64,000 bases of DNA from an uncultured Chloroflexia bacterium (GCA_963778645.1 CAVZVH010000019.1:87424-151423), one strand, 5' to 3'. Numbered from the stretch's first letter, positions 22,470 to 33,322 are shown. Numbers and translations are program-made. Notes: generated from the letters alone by a model not told the origin.

Positions 22470-23307
22470 GTGACCGAAGGAACCGTCATCATCATCGGCG
22501 GCGCGGAGGACAAGGTCCGGGATCGGGTCATCCTCAGTCGCTTCGTCGCGCTCGCCGGCGGCGTCGACGCCACGATCGCGGTGATCTCGACGGCTTCGTC
22601 GCTTGGCCTCGAGGCGGGCGAGCGCTACAAGCAGGTCTTCGGCGAGCTGGGCGTCACTCGGGTGATCCCGCTCCACGCCGTCACCCGCCCGCAGGCCAAC
22701 GATGAGGCGGCGACGCTCGCGGTCCGCGACGCGACCGGCATCTTCCTGACGGGTGGCAACCAGCTGCGCCTGTCGTCGACCATCGGCGGCACGCGCGTTG
22801 GCCGACGCGATCCTCGAACGATTCCGGCACGGGGCGGTCGTGGCCGGCACGTCGGCCGGCGCCTCGGCGATGTCGAGCCACATGATCGCGTTCGGGGCGT
22901 CCGGTGCGACGCCCAAGCACCGCATGGCCCAGATCTCGGCCGGCCTCGGGGTCATCCCCGGCGTCATCATCGACCAGCATTTCCAGCAGCGGAACCGGCT
23001 CGGCCGGCTGCTCAGCCTCATCGCCCAGAACCCCTCGCTGCTGGGCCTCGGCGTCGACGAGGACACGGCCGGCGTGGTCGGCCCCGACGGCATCCTGGAG
23101 GTCATCGGGCGCGGATCGATCACCGTCGTCGACGGCTCGCAGTCGGAGACCGATGCCTGGGAGGTCCGCGGCCATCGACCGCTGATGATCAGCGGCGTCG
23201 TGCTCCATTCGCTGCCGTCGGGCTATCGCTTCGACCTGCGCCATCGCGAACGCCTGACATCGCCGACCCTGCACGCGTTACCCGGCGGCGAGGCCGCATC
23301 CAGCTAG
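22470..23307 (+). CDS. cphB: Cyanophycinase (frameshift near 22800)
   Basis: IIIGGAEDK, FLTGGNQLRL, nucleophile motif GTSAGA, IDQHFQQRNRLGRL, GVDEDT. Confidence 0.95.
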
Positions 23308-23362
23308 TCCCGCGCGGCGGCCATGCACCGTCATGCCATGCCGCCGATCGAGGAGGAGTCCC

Positions 23363-26227
23363 GTGGCCCAGACCGCACCCGCGTCCCGCCCGAAGCCCGG
23401 CGGTGCTCGCGCGGCCAAGGCCCGGGTGGACGTCGCCGATGCGGGCGGGCCCGCGCCGACGCTGCAGATCCTCGAGACCCGCGTCCTGCGCGGCCCCAAC
23501 TACTGGGCGCGCGAGCCGGTCATCCGGATGCTGGTGGACCTGGGCGTCCTCGAACAGTACCCGTCGAACAAGCTGCCGAACTTCACCGACGCCCTGGTCG
23601 CGCTCCTCCCGACGCTCGAGGACCACGCCTGCTCGCTCGGACGCCGGGGTGGGTTCATCAGCCGGCTGCGCGACGGGACGTGGGTGGGCCACATCGCCGA
23701 GCACGTCGCCCTCGAGTTCCAGAACCTGGCCGGGACGGACGTCCGCCACGGCAAGACCCGATCGGCCGGCACGCCCGGCCAGTACAACTGCATCTTCGAG
23801 TATCGCGAGGAGCAGGTCGGCCTCGAGGCCGGGAAGATGGCCGTCGCCCTCGTCAACCACCTCGTGGCGCCGGACGACCCGGCGGTGTTCTTCGATTTCG
23901 CACCCGAGCTCGAGCGGCTCATCCGCCTGGCCGAGCGCCAGGCGTTCGGGCCGTCCACCCAGGCCCTCATCGACGAGGCGGTCAGCCGCGACATCCCGTT
24001 CATCCGTCTCGACCGCCACTCCCTCGTCCAGTTCGGGCATGGCGTCCATCAACAGCGGATCCGCGCGACGATGACCTCGCAGACCTCGGCGATCGGGGTG
24101 GACATCGCGTCGGACAAGAGCCTGACCAACCGCCTGCTGGACTCGGCCGGCTTGCCGGTGCCGCGTTCCGAGGTCGTCGGCACCGAGGAGGAGACCGTCG
24201 CGGCGGCCGCCCGGATGGGCTTCCCGTGCGTGGTCAAGCCGCTCGATGGCAATCACGGCCGGGGTGTCCACCTGGACCTGCGCTCCGAGGACGCGGTGCG
24301 TGCCGCCTTCCGCGGCGCGCTCGCCGAGAGTCGGTCCGGCGATCTCGTGGTCGAGAGCTACGTGGCCGGCAACGATTACCGGTGCCTCGTGATCGGAGGC
24401 AAGGTGGCGGCCATCGCCGAACGGGTGCCGGCGTCGGTGACCGGCGACGGGGAGCACACCGTCCGGCAGTTGGTCGATCTCGCCAACCTGGACCCGCGGC
24501 GCGGGATCGGCCACGAGAAGGTCCTGACCCGGATCAAGCTCGACGAGGCGGCCGAGGCGCTCGTGCGCGCGCAGGGCCTCGAGCTCGACGGGGTCCCGCC
24601 CGCCGGGTCGTGGATCAAGCTCGCGCTGACGGGCAACATGTCGACCGGCGGCACCTCGATCGACCGGACCATCGAGGCGCATCCCGATAACGTCGAGATC
24701 GCCGAGACGGCCGCCAGGATCATCGGCCTGGACGTGGCCGGCATCGACTTCATCTGCCCCGACATCGCCACGCCCGTGCGCGAGACGGGCGGCGCCATCG
24801 TCGAGGTCAACGCGGCGCCCGGCTTCCGGATGCATACCCACCCGACCGAGGGCGAACCGCAGTACGTCGCGCGGCCGGTCATCGATTCGCTCTTCCCGGC
24901 CGGCTCGGCCGCCCGCATCCCGATCATCGCGGTGACCGGCACGAACGGCAAGACGACGACGGTGCGGATGATCTCGCACATCCTCAAGTTGATGGGTCGG
25001 CGGGTCGGGATGACCTCGACCGACGGCATCGTCGTCGACAACCGGCTCGTCAAGAAGGGCGACATGTCGGGACCGAAGTCGGCGATGACCGTCCTCCAGA
25101 ACCCGACCGTGGACACGGCCGTCTTCGAGGTCGCGCGTGGGGGGATCCTGCGCGAGGGCCTCGGCTACGACCGCAACGACGTCGCCGTGGTGACCAATGT
25201 CGCCGGCGACCACCTGGGCCTCGGCGGCATCACGACCATCGGGCAGCTGGCGAACGTCAAGGGCGTGGTCGTGGAGGCGGTCCCGCGCTCGGGGACGGCG
25301 GTCCTCAACGCCGACGACTCCCACGTCTACCGGATGGGTCGTCACTGCGCGGGTCGGGTCGTCCTGTTCAGCATGTCGACGACGAAGGGCGAGGACGGCT
25401 TCGATCGGGTGGACGGGCACACCGGACGCGGCGGAGCGGCCTTCTGCCTGGAGGCCTCGGCCGAGGGCGAGCTCATCGTCCTGAAACTCGGTCCGCGCAC
25501 GATGCCCGTCCTGTACACGCACCTGATCCCGGCGACGTTCGGCGGCCGGGCGAGGATGAACGTCGCCAATGCGCTGGCCGCGGCGGCCGGGGCCTGGTCG
25601 GCCGGCGCCCACCTGCATGACATCCGGCAGGGGCTGCGGACGTTCACGACCTCGTTCTTCCAGGCACCCGGCCGGCTCAACCTGCTCGACGTCGGCGGCG
25701 TTCGGGTCGTGATCGACTACTGCCACAACGTCGACGGCATGCGCCAGCTCGCGGACTTCGTCGAGCGGATGATGAGCGAGCCCGTCACCAAGGCCGGGCG
25801 TCTCGGGACGTCCAAGGCCGGCGCGCGGTCCGGCCGAGCCATCGGCGTCCTTGGCATCCCGGGCGACCGCCGCGACGAGGATCAGCGAGCGTACGGGGCC
25901 ATCGCCGCGACCGCGTTCGACGAGATCATCGTCCGCGAGGACAAGAACCTGCGCGGCCGGACGCCCGGCGAGACCGCCACCAACGTCATCGAGGGCGTCC
26001 GCTCGACGCGGACGGCGGGCACCGGCCGGGTGACCCGGGCCGAGAAGGTGCTCGATGAGATGACGGCCGTCCGGACCGCGCTCCGACGGGCCATCCCGGG
26101 CGATCTCATCGTGTGCTGCGTGGACGACGCCATCGGCGTCTATCGCGAGGCGATGGCGGCGACCGGCGCGCACCGCGGCGGGACGGCCTTCGCCGACCCC
26201 GGCGAACTCGAAGCTCCGGAGGGGTAG
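23363..26227 (+). CDS. cphA: Cyanophycin synthetase CphA1
   Basis: LRGPNYW, DHACS..HIAEH N domain, GPST, KPLDGNHGRG ATP-grasp, EVNAAPGFRMH, GTNGKTT Mur domain, PGRLN, IDYCHN; GGAGGAG RBS. Confidence 0.96.
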   Translation: MAQTAPASRPKPGGARAAKARVDVADAGGPAPTLQILETRVLRGPNYWAREPVIRMLVDLGVLEQYPSNKLPNFTDALVALLPTLEDHACSLGRRGGFISRLRDGTWVGHIAEHVALEFQNLAGTDVRHGKTRSAGTPGQYNCIFEYREEQVGLEAGKMAVALVNHLVAPDDPAVFFDFAPELERLIRLAERQAFGPSTQALIDEAVSRDIPFIRLDRHSLVQFGHGVHQQRIRATMTSQTSAIGVDIASDKSLTNRLLDSAGLPVPRSEVVGTEEETVAAAARMGFPCVVKPLDGNHGRGVHLDLRSEDAVRAAFRGALAESRSGDLVVESYVAGNDYRCLVIGGKVAAIAERVPASVTGDGEHTVRQLVDLANLDPRRGIGHEKVLTRIKLDEAAEALVRAQGLELDGVPPAGSWIKLALTGNMSTGGTSIDRTIEAHPDNVEIAETAARIIGLDVAGIDFICPDIATPVRETGGAIVEVNAAPGFRMHTHPTEGEPQYVARPVIDSLFPAGSAARIPIIAVTGTNGKTTTVRMISHILKLMGRRVGMTSTDGIVVDNRLVKKGDMSGPKSAMTVLQNPTVDTAVFEVARGGILREGLGYDRNDVAVVTNVAGDHLGLGGITTIGQLANVKGVVVEAVPRSGTAVLNADDSHVYRMGRHCAGRVVLFSMSTTKGEDGFDRVDGHTGRGGAAFCLEASAEGELIVLKLGPRTMPVLYTHLIPATFGGRARMNVANALAAAAGAWSAGAHLHDIRQGLRTFTTSFFQAPGRLNLLDVGGVRVVIDYCHNVDGMRQLADFVERMMSEPVTKAGRLGTSKAGARSGRAIGVLGIPGDRRDEDQRAYGAIAATAFDEIIVREDKNLRGRTPGETATNVIEGVRSTRTAGTGRVTRAEKVLDEMTAVRTALRRAIPGDLIVCCVDDAIGVYREAMAATGAHRGGTAFADPGELEAPEG

Positions 26228-26232
26228 CCGCC

Positions 26233-28110
26233 TTGGGCTGGCGGGACCGCCTGCGCTATCGCTTCGACGAGTTCATGGGGCGGGGCACGATCGCCCTGAT
26301 CGTCGGCCTGTTCGTCATCTCGGCCGCGCTCATCGTGGCGGTCGCGCTCGTGGTCTTCCTGACCGGCGTCGCGAGTCGGGATCTCGACTTCCCGACGCTC
26401 CTGCGATTCGGCCTGCTCCGTACCCTGGACCCGGGCACGATGGGCGGCGACGAAGGGAGCGGCGGGTTCCTGCTCTCGATGTTCGTCATCACCCTCGGCG
26501 GCATCTTCGTCATCAGCACGCTCATCGGCATCCTGAACACCGGGTTGGAGTCGAAGCTCGCCGAGTTGCGCAAGGGCCGATCGACGGTCGTCGAGCAAGG
26601 GCACACGGTCATCCTCGGCTGGTCGCAGCAGATCCACACGGTCATCTCGGAGATCGTGGCGGCCAACGAGAACCAGCCGCGCCGGTCGATCGTCATCCTC
26701 GCCGAGCGTGACAAGGTCGAGATGGAGGAGGAGATCCGCGCCAGGGTCGGCGGAACCGGGCGGACGAAGCTCGTCTGTCGCTCGGGCAGCCCCATGGACG
26801 TCGACGATATCCGGATCGCCAGCCCGTCGACCGCGCGGTCCATCGTCATCCTGGCCCCCGAGGGCGATGAGCCCGATGCCGATGTCATCAAGACGATCCT
26901 CGCGATCACGAATGACCCGGGTCGCCGCCCTGAGCCGTACCACGTCGTCGCCGAGATCCGCGACCGTTCGAACCTCGAGGTCGCGCGGATGGTCGGGCGA
27001 GACGAGGTGGAGCTCATCCTCTCGGAAGAGGTCATCGCGCGGATCACCGCCCAGACCTGCCGCCAATCCGGCCTGTCGGTCGTCTACTCGGAGCTTCTCG
27101 ACTTCTCCGGTGATGAGATCTATCTGACCGAACAGCCGTCGCTCGTCGGCCGGGCGTTCGGCGAGACGCTCGAGATGTTCGCCGATGCGTCGGTCATCGG
27201 CCTGCTCCCGGCCGGCGGGACGCCGCACCTCAACCCGCGCTCCGACACGGCCATCGGCCCGGGCGACCGGTTGATCGTCATCGCCGGTGACGACGATCGG
27301 ATCAACCTCGGCGGCGAGGCCACGACGGTCGAAGAGGCGTGGCTCCGTGAGGCCCCGACCCGGACAGCTGCGCCGGAGCGGACCCTCGTCCTCGGCTGGA
27401 ATCGGCGGGCGCCCTCGATCATCCGTGAGCTTGATGCGTACGTCGCACCGGGTTCGGAGACGCTCGTCCTTGCCTCGGGCTCCGGCGTGGAGGGCGAGAT
27501 CGCGCGACTGACGCCGCGACTCAGCGCCCAGCGCCTCGCCTATCGAGGCGGCGACGCCACCGACCGCGCGACGCTCGACAGCCTCGCCGTCGAGACCTTC
27601 GACCACATCATCGTGCTCTGCTACGACTCGCTCGATCCATCGCGCGCCGACGCCCGGACGCTGATCACGTTGCTGCACCTGCGCGACATCGCGGCGAGGC
27701 TCGACCGCGACTTCTCGATCGTCAGCGAGATGCTGGACCTGCGCGATCGCGCGCTGGCCGAAGTGGCTCGCGCCGACGACTTCATCGTCAGCGACCGCCT
27801 CATCAGCCTGATGATCGCCCAGGTCGCCGAGTCCAAGCACCTCAACGCGGTCTTCGCGGACCTGCTCGACCCTGACGGCTCCGAGATCTACCTGAAGCCC
27901 GCCAGCGACTACGTGGTCCTCGGTCAGCCGGTGCCGTTCGCCGCCGTCATCGAGGCCGCGCGGCGGCGTGGCGAGGTCGCGTTCGGGTACCGGATCGCCG
28001 CCGTCGCCGAGGTCGCATCGGCCGCCTACGGCGTCTCGGTCAACCCGGCCAAGGCGGCGTTGGCGACATTTGCGGCGGCCGATCGCATCGTCGTCCTCGC
28101 CCAGGACTGA
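26233..28110 (+). CDS. CASTOR/POLLUX-like ion channel with RCK domains
   Basis: LRYRFDEFM, LLRTLDPGTMGGD pore, LRKGRSTVVE.GHTVILGW, QTCRQSGLSVVYSELLDFSGDEIY, GSEIYLKP. Confidence 0.88.
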   Translation: MGWRDRLRYRFDEFMGRGTIALIVGLFVISAALIVAVALVVFLTGVASRDLDFPTLLRFGLLRTLDPGTMGGDEGSGGFLLSMFVITLGGIFVISTLIGILNTGLESKLAELRKGRSTVVEQGHTVILGWSQQIHTVISEIVAANENQPRRSIVILAERDKVEMEEEIRARVGGTGRTKLVCRSGSPMDVDDIRIASPSTARSIVILAPEGDEPDADVIKTILAITNDPGRRPEPYHVVAEIRDRSNLEVARMVGRDEVELILSEEVIARITAQTCRQSGLSVVYSELLDFSGDEIYLTEQPSLVGRAFGETLEMFADASVIGLLPAGGTPHLNPRSDTAIGPGDRLIVIAGDDDRINLGGEATTVEEAWLREAPTRTAAPERTLVLGWNRRAPSIIRELDAYVAPGSETLVLASGSGVEGEIARLTPRLSAQRLAYRGGDATDRATLDSLAVETFDHIIVLCYDSLDPSRADARTLITLLHLRDIAARLDRDFSIVSEMLDLRDRALAEVARADDFIVSDRLISLMIAQVAESKHLNAVFADLLDPDGSEIYLKPASDYVVLGQPVPFAAVIEAARRRGEVAFGYRIAAVAEVASAAYGVSVNPAKAALATFAAADRIVVLAQD

Positions 28111-28112
28111 GC

Positions 28113-28823
28113 ATGCCCGGTCTCGGGCGTCGCCCGTGGGTCATGCGGATGCGCTGGGTCGACCTGCTCTTCGCCCATTGGCCCGTCGAGGCCGACGCGG
28201 TCAGGCGGCTCATCCCCGATGCCCTGGAGCTGGACCTCTTCGAGGGCCGCGCGTATGTCGGCATCGTGCCGTTCCGGATGGAGGACGTCGGGCCGCGCTT
28301 CCTGCCGGCGCCGCCGGTCGCCGGCGCCTTTCCTGAGCTCAACGTCCGGACGTACGTGCGGCACGGGGAGCGCCCCGGAGTCTGGTTCCTCAGCCTGGAC
28401 GCCGGCAGTCGGGCGGCCGTGGAGGGCGCCCGGGCGTCGTTCCACCTGCCGTATTTCGAGGCCTCGATGTCGGTGGGACGGGTGCGCGAGGTCGTGGACT
28501 ACCGGTCGGTCCGGATCGATGACCGCGGGCCGCCAGCGCGGTTCGAGGCCCGCTATCGGCCGATCGGCGCGGTCGAGGTTGCGGCGCCCGGGTCACTCGA
28601 GGCGTTCCTGACCGACCGGCAGCGGCTCTTCGCGGTGGACGGCGACGGGCAGGTCATGCGGACCGAGATCCGGCACCGCCCGTGGCCGCTGCAGCCGGCG
28701 GCCGCTCGGATCGAGCGCGACACGATGGCCGCGAGCCACGGGCTGGTGCTCCCGAACGAGCCGCCGCACCTGCGCTTCGCGGCGCGATTGGATGTTCGGG
28801 CCTGGTGGCCGCGTCCCGCCTAG
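28113..28823 (+). CDS. DUF2071/YqjF family protein
   Basis: MRWVDLLFAHW, FPELNVRTYV, PGVWFLSLDA, FLTDR, HRPWPLQ. Confidence 0.88.
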   Translation: MPGLGRRPWVMRMRWVDLLFAHWPVEADAVRRLIPDALELDLFEGRAYVGIVPFRMEDVGPRFLPAPPVAGAFPELNVRTYVRHGERPGVWFLSLDAGSRAAVEGARASFHLPYFEASMSVGRVREVVDYRSVRIDDRGPPARFEARYRPIGAVEVAAPGSLEAFLTDRQRLFAVDGDGQVMRTEIRHRPWPLQPAAARIERDTMAASHGLVLPNEPPHLRFAARLDVRAWWPRPA

Positions 28824-28833
28824 GGGCGGGCGA

Positions 28834-29241
28834 CTTGTCGTGGGCGCAAGTAATGGCTGCTGGAGGTGTTGATCTCGGTGGCCCCCTCGCATGATTGGGG
28901 CATCGGGGGGCGCGGATGCAGCGTTCGGCATGGGCGATTCCCGTCCCCTGCCGCTGTACCTTGCGCTGCCCGCAAGGACGGAGCTTGGTCGCGCTCGGGA
29001 CCCGTCCCTCTTGGCTTGCCCGGCGACCAGAACTTGCCATCCGCGCAAGGGTTCGACCTGAGCTTGCATCAGATGCACGTTCCGTCGCCGGCGACGGTTG
29101 GGCCGTTCGCGATCTTGTGTCTAGCGCAAGTTCTCGGCTCTCGGGACGCCTAGATGTCCGTTCCTTGCTTCGCGTGCAATCCGGGTGCAGATCCGGCCAC
29201 GACCCGTTGCCTGCGGCGACGGGAGTTGCATCGCATGCAAG
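28834..29241. repeat. Array of seven 17-bp palindromes CTTG-N9-CAAG
   Basis: Copies start at 28834, 28960, 29033, 29063, 29114, 29164 and 29225; three have one arm mismatch. Confidence 0.75.
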
Positions 29242-29298
29242 ACCGGAACCCGGCCCCGAACCTGGGAGTCGCCCGGGCGTCGGCCGGATGTCGCTCGA

Positions 29299-29466
29299 TC
29301 AGCCGCGACCCATGTTCCCCTGGACCACGCGGATCAGGAACACGATCTCGAGCGCTGCGATGACGATGAGCACGATCCCGACCCCTGTCTCCACGGCGTT
29401 CTCCCTCAACCTCGCCCGAGCGGACCGTCCGGCTCGACGTCCGCGCGATGATGCGCCGCCGGCCAT
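29299..29466 (-). CDS. Small single-TM protein (55 aa)
   Basis: Basic N-terminus, then GVGIVLIVIAALEIVFLIRVV; starts 17 nt after the CphA-like gene stop. Confidence 0.5.
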   Translation of the reverse strand: MAGGASSRGRRAGRSARARLRENAVETGVGIVLIVIAALEIVFLIRVVQGNMGRG

Positions 29467-29483
29467 CGGACGTGCAAGGTGAT

Positions 29484-31245
29484 TCAGTCCGGCCGGGGCC
29501 GGCCCTGGAGCCGCGGCACGAGTTCGGTCAGCTCCGAGGCGACGTCGACCGGGCGGGCGCCGAGGGCCGCCAGGAGCTCGAACACGCCGTCCCGTTCCTC
29601 GTGGCACATCAGCACGATGACCCTGGGCGCATCGGCTCGACGACCGTTCGGGCCGTGACCGGCGGCGCCGTTCAGTTCGGCCCGCAGCGCCTCGGTCTCT
29701 GAGCGGTAGATCGGCACGTCCGCGGTGTTCCCGCCGCCGGCCCGGACGCCCGCCAGGATCTCGCCGACCACCGATTCCGGCGTCCGTCCGCGCAGGTAGT
29801 TCAGCGTCTGCTTGATCGCGACGCGCTGCGCCCGTTCGGCGGCGATCCGGCCGATGCCCCGGAGCGTGTCGTCGGGTCGGTCCCCTGCGGTGCCGATGAT
29901 GGCCGTGATGGGTGCCGCCCGGCCGGCGGCGCCTGCCGCGATGCCCTCAGCGACCTCGAGGATCGCGGCGACACCCGCCTCGTTGTGGGCGAAGTCCACG
30001 ATCACGACTCGGGCGCCGAGCCGGTACAGGTTGAGCCGTCCGGGCGAGCGCTCGGCCGATGGCCGGAAGTCGATGAGGCCGTCGCGCACCTGCTCGATCG
30101 AGGCACCGAGGCCGCGAGCCCCGCCGGCCGCGGCGAGGGCATTGGCCACGTTATGCCGCGCCAACCCGCCGATCGTGATGGGCACCTGGCCGATCTCGAC
30201 GATGCGTGCCTCACGGTCGCCGTTGGCTTCGACCAGCGAGCCGCGGCGGAGGACGTACGCCCGCCCGCCGGCCGCTCGGTGGCGGCGGATGACGGGCGAT
30301 CCGTCGTCGGTCGAGAAGTAGGCGACCCGACCCTTGACCCGTCGCGCGACGGCCGCGACGTACGGGTCGTCAGCGTTGAGCACGACCCACCCGTCCGCGT
30401 TTCGTGATGCGGGCGATGGTGGCCTTCACCTCGGCCAACTCGGGGAGGGTGTGGATGCCCTGCAGGTCGAGGTGGTCGGACGTGACGTTGGTCAGGATGC
30501 TGACCTCGTTCGACTCGTAGCCGACGCCGCGCAGGACGATGCCGCCACGGGCCGTCTCCAGGACCGCCACGTCGATGTCGCGCCGGACGAGGATCTGTTG
30601 GGCGCCACTCGGGCCTGTCCAGTCGCCGGGTTCGATGAGGCGCTCGTCGACGAGCACGCCGTCGGACGTCGTGGTGCCGACGTGCCGACCGGATCGCACC
30701 AGGATGTGCGTGATCAACCGGGTCACGGTGCTCTTGCCGTTGGTGCCGGAGATCGAGACGACGGGCACGCGCCGGTCCGGGTCACGGATCCACGACGGCG
30801 CCGACATGCGGGCCTCGCGAATGCGTTCCGTCCAGCGGGTGAGCAGCCGGTCCTGGTTGCCGGTCAGGCGGGCCGTCCGCGACGGCGAAACATCGCGAGC
30901 GGCGAGGGCCAGGGCCGCCTCGGTGAGCGTCTGGGCGCGCTCGGCGCCGATCCACGGGAACGTGACGATCCAGTGACCCGGGTCTGACGAGCGGTGGACG
31001 GCGACGCCGCCACGACCCTCGCCGTGGTCGGCCCGCAGTCGTCGGATCCAGGCGACGACGGCGACGATGCTGTCCGGCCAGTCGCGGGGCAGGACCGCAG
31101 CGCCGAGGTGGACGAGCGCATGGCGACCCGGATCCCGTTGCCCATACCACGTGCGCCGCCGGCCGATGGCGACCTCGAGCTTCATCACTGGCTCGAGCCG
31201 GTACACGTTCGGTCCCTCGAGGAGGCGGGTCTCGATCAATCGCAC
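29484..31245 (-). CDS. CphA-like Mur-ligase protein lacking the ATP-grasp domain (frameshift near 30395)
   Basis: N-terminal ETRLLEGPNVY followed directly by SISGTNGKST, TTSDG, GDWTGPSGA, LETARGG, NVTSDHL, LNADD, SPGRLN, VDFAHN, GDRPD. Confidence 0.85.
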
Positions 31246-31332
31246 GGTCCGGGCAGGATAGCAAGCGCACACCGTCGCGGAGGCCGGCCCGGGCGACCGG
31301 TGGGACCGATCCGCCAGGGCTAGACTCCCGGC

Positions 31333-32578
31333 ATGGATGCCCCGACCGCCAGCCCGCAGGCGACCGAGCTCGACGCACTGCGCAACGCGGTGGCCGCCGA
31401 CCTGCCGAACTACCTCCGGGACCTCGAGCGCCTGGTCAACATCGACTGCGGCAGCTATACCCCCGAGGGCGTCAACGAAGTCGGCGGCTGGACGGCCGAC
31501 TTCCTCGCCGGACTTGGCGCGAACGTCGAGCGCCGCCGCGACCCGGCCGGTCGCCTCGGGGACACGGTCGTCGCGACCTTCGACGGTCGAACCGGTGCGC
31601 CGCGGGTCCTGCTGATCGGGCACCTCGACACCGTCTTCGATCCGGGCACCGCCGCCGATCGCCCGTTCGCCATCGCCGACGGCATCGCCAGGGGACCCGG
31701 TGTCACTGACATGAAATCGGGGCTGCTGGCGGGGTTGTACGCGATCAAGGCCCTGATGGGTGAGCTCGGTGGCCTGCCGTTCGAGCGCCTCGTCTTCATC
31801 GCGAACCCGGACGAGGAGATCGGGTCGCCGACGTCGACGCCGCACATCCGCGAGATCGCCCGGGCGATGGATGCCACGCTCGTCCTCGAGTGCGCCCGCG
31901 CGAATGGCGACATCGTCTCGTCGCGCAAGGGCATCCTGGACCTGCGCATCACCGTCACCGGCCGCGCGGCTCATGCCGGCGTGGAGCCGGAGAAGGGTCG
32001 GAGCGCGATCCATGAGGCCGCCCGGATCGTCGTGCGAGTTGCACGCGCTCAACGGGCGATGGCCGGGTGTCACCGTCAACGTCGGCGTCATCGCCGGTGG
32101 CACGCGGCCAAACGTCGTCGCGGCGCATTGTTCGCTGGAGGTCGACGTCAGGGCTGAGACACGTCCCGAGCTGGAGGCTGTCGAGGCGGAGATCCACCGG
32201 ATCGCCGAGGCGACCGTGGTGCCCGACACCACCGTCGAATTCGAACCGATGGCGCGGTGGTGGCCGATGGAACGACTTCCCCGCAGCGCCCGCCTGGTCG
32301 ATCATGCCAAGGCGGTCGCCGAAGGACTCGGTTTCACGATCGTCGACGCGATGACCGGTGGCGCCTCCGATGCGAACACGACGTCCGGCATGGGCGTGCC
32401 CAGCCTCGACGGTCTCGGGCCGATCGGCGGCAACGATCACTCCCCATCCGAGTACCTCGACGTCGACTCGATCGTGCCACGGACCGCACTGTTGGCAGGA
32501 CTGCTGCTGGCGATCGGGCGCGATCCCGCCGTCCTGGCCTGGCGCGATGCGTCGTCGGCTGCCGGGCAGGAGGCGTGA
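31333..32578 (+). CDS. M20 metallopeptidase, glutamate carboxypeptidase-like (frameshift near 32033)
   Basis: GHLDTVF, GPGVTDMKSG, DEEIGS, AAHAG, GGASDAN, GGNDHS; TAGACT 6 nt upstream. Confidence 0.9.
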
Positions 32579-32964
32579 CCGAACGGCGCCGCATCTCGTC
32601 GGGCGGCCCGTGGGAGGCCCTCGCCGGGTACAGCCGGGCCATCGTCGTCGGAGATTCGTGCTGGGTGGCCGGCACGACGGACGCGGGGCCGGATGGCCGG
32701 TCGCAACATCCTGGGGACATCGCGGCCCAGACCCGCACGTCGCTCGAGATCATCGCCGCGGCCCTCGGCGAGGCCGGCTTCGGTCTCGCGGATGTCGTTC
32801 GGACCCGCATGTTCGTGACCGACATCACCCGCGCGCCCGAGGTCATCCCGGTCCACGGTGAGATCTTCGGGGATGTTCGACCGGCGGCGACGATGGTCGA
32901 GGTGAGCGCCCTCATCGACCCGAGCCTCTTGATCGAGATCGAGGCGGAGGCCCGCCGAGGCTAG
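32575..32964 (+). CDS. RidA/YjgF family protein
   Basis: ISSGGPWE..AGYSRA, VVRTRMFVTD, RPAATMVEV, IEIEAEA. Confidence 0.9.
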   Translation: MTERRRISSGGPWEALAGYSRAIVVGDSCWVAGTTDAGPDGRSQHPGDIAAQTRTSLEIIAAALGEAGFGLADVVRTRMFVTDITRAPEVIPVHGEIFGDVRPAATMVEVSALIDPSLLIEIEAEARRG

Positions 32965-32980
32965 GCGGCTGGCGGCCGGG

Positions 32981-33322
32981 TCAGGGTACGGCCGCGATCC
33001 CCAGCGCCCGCGCCACCGAGACGATCGTCACGGCGGCGATCAGGCCGAGCAACAGGTTGCGACGCCAGGCGACGATGCCGAGACATGCGAGGACCGCGAC
33101 CCACTCGATCCCGACGTGGAACGATGGGACCCCGTCCTCGTCGGTGGTGACCATCACTGCGACCGCGGCCAGCGCGGCAAGCACGGCCGGACCGACGAGC
33201 TGCAGGTAGTCGAACGCCCACCGCGGGAGCCGATCCAACCCCGGCGTCAGCAGGCCGAGCGCGCGGGTCGGATAGGTCACGGCGAACATGAGCACGGCCA
33301 GGATCACGAGGTTCGTGCTCAT
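32981..33322 (-). CDS. azlD: AzlD-family small membrane subunit
   Basis: AVTYPTRALG...LVGPAVLAAL; ATGA overlap with azlC. Confidence 0.8.
   Translation of the reverse strand: MSTNLVILAVLMFAVTYPTRALGLLTPGLDRLPRWAFDYLQLVGPAVLAALAAVAVMVTTDEDGVPSFHVGIEWVAVLACLGIVAWRRNLLLGLIAAVTIVSVARALGIAAVP

Noticed and set aside
1200-23000. Many frameshifted genes as pseudogenes or programmed frameshifts
   Set aside because: Single-base shifts hit most genes, motifs are intact on both sides, and nonsense substitutions are not evident; this is typical of long-read indel error.
22360-23362. ARG boxes linking ArgR to the cyanophycin genes
   Set aside because: No AT-rich TGAAT/ATTCA-like palindromes were seen.
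28834-29241. CRISPR array (also considered for 12342-12545)
   Set aside because: Units are 17 bp, variable and irregularly spaced, and no cas genes are present.
28866-29482. Short ORFs across the palindrome array
   Set aside because: No motifs, RBS or typical codon bias.
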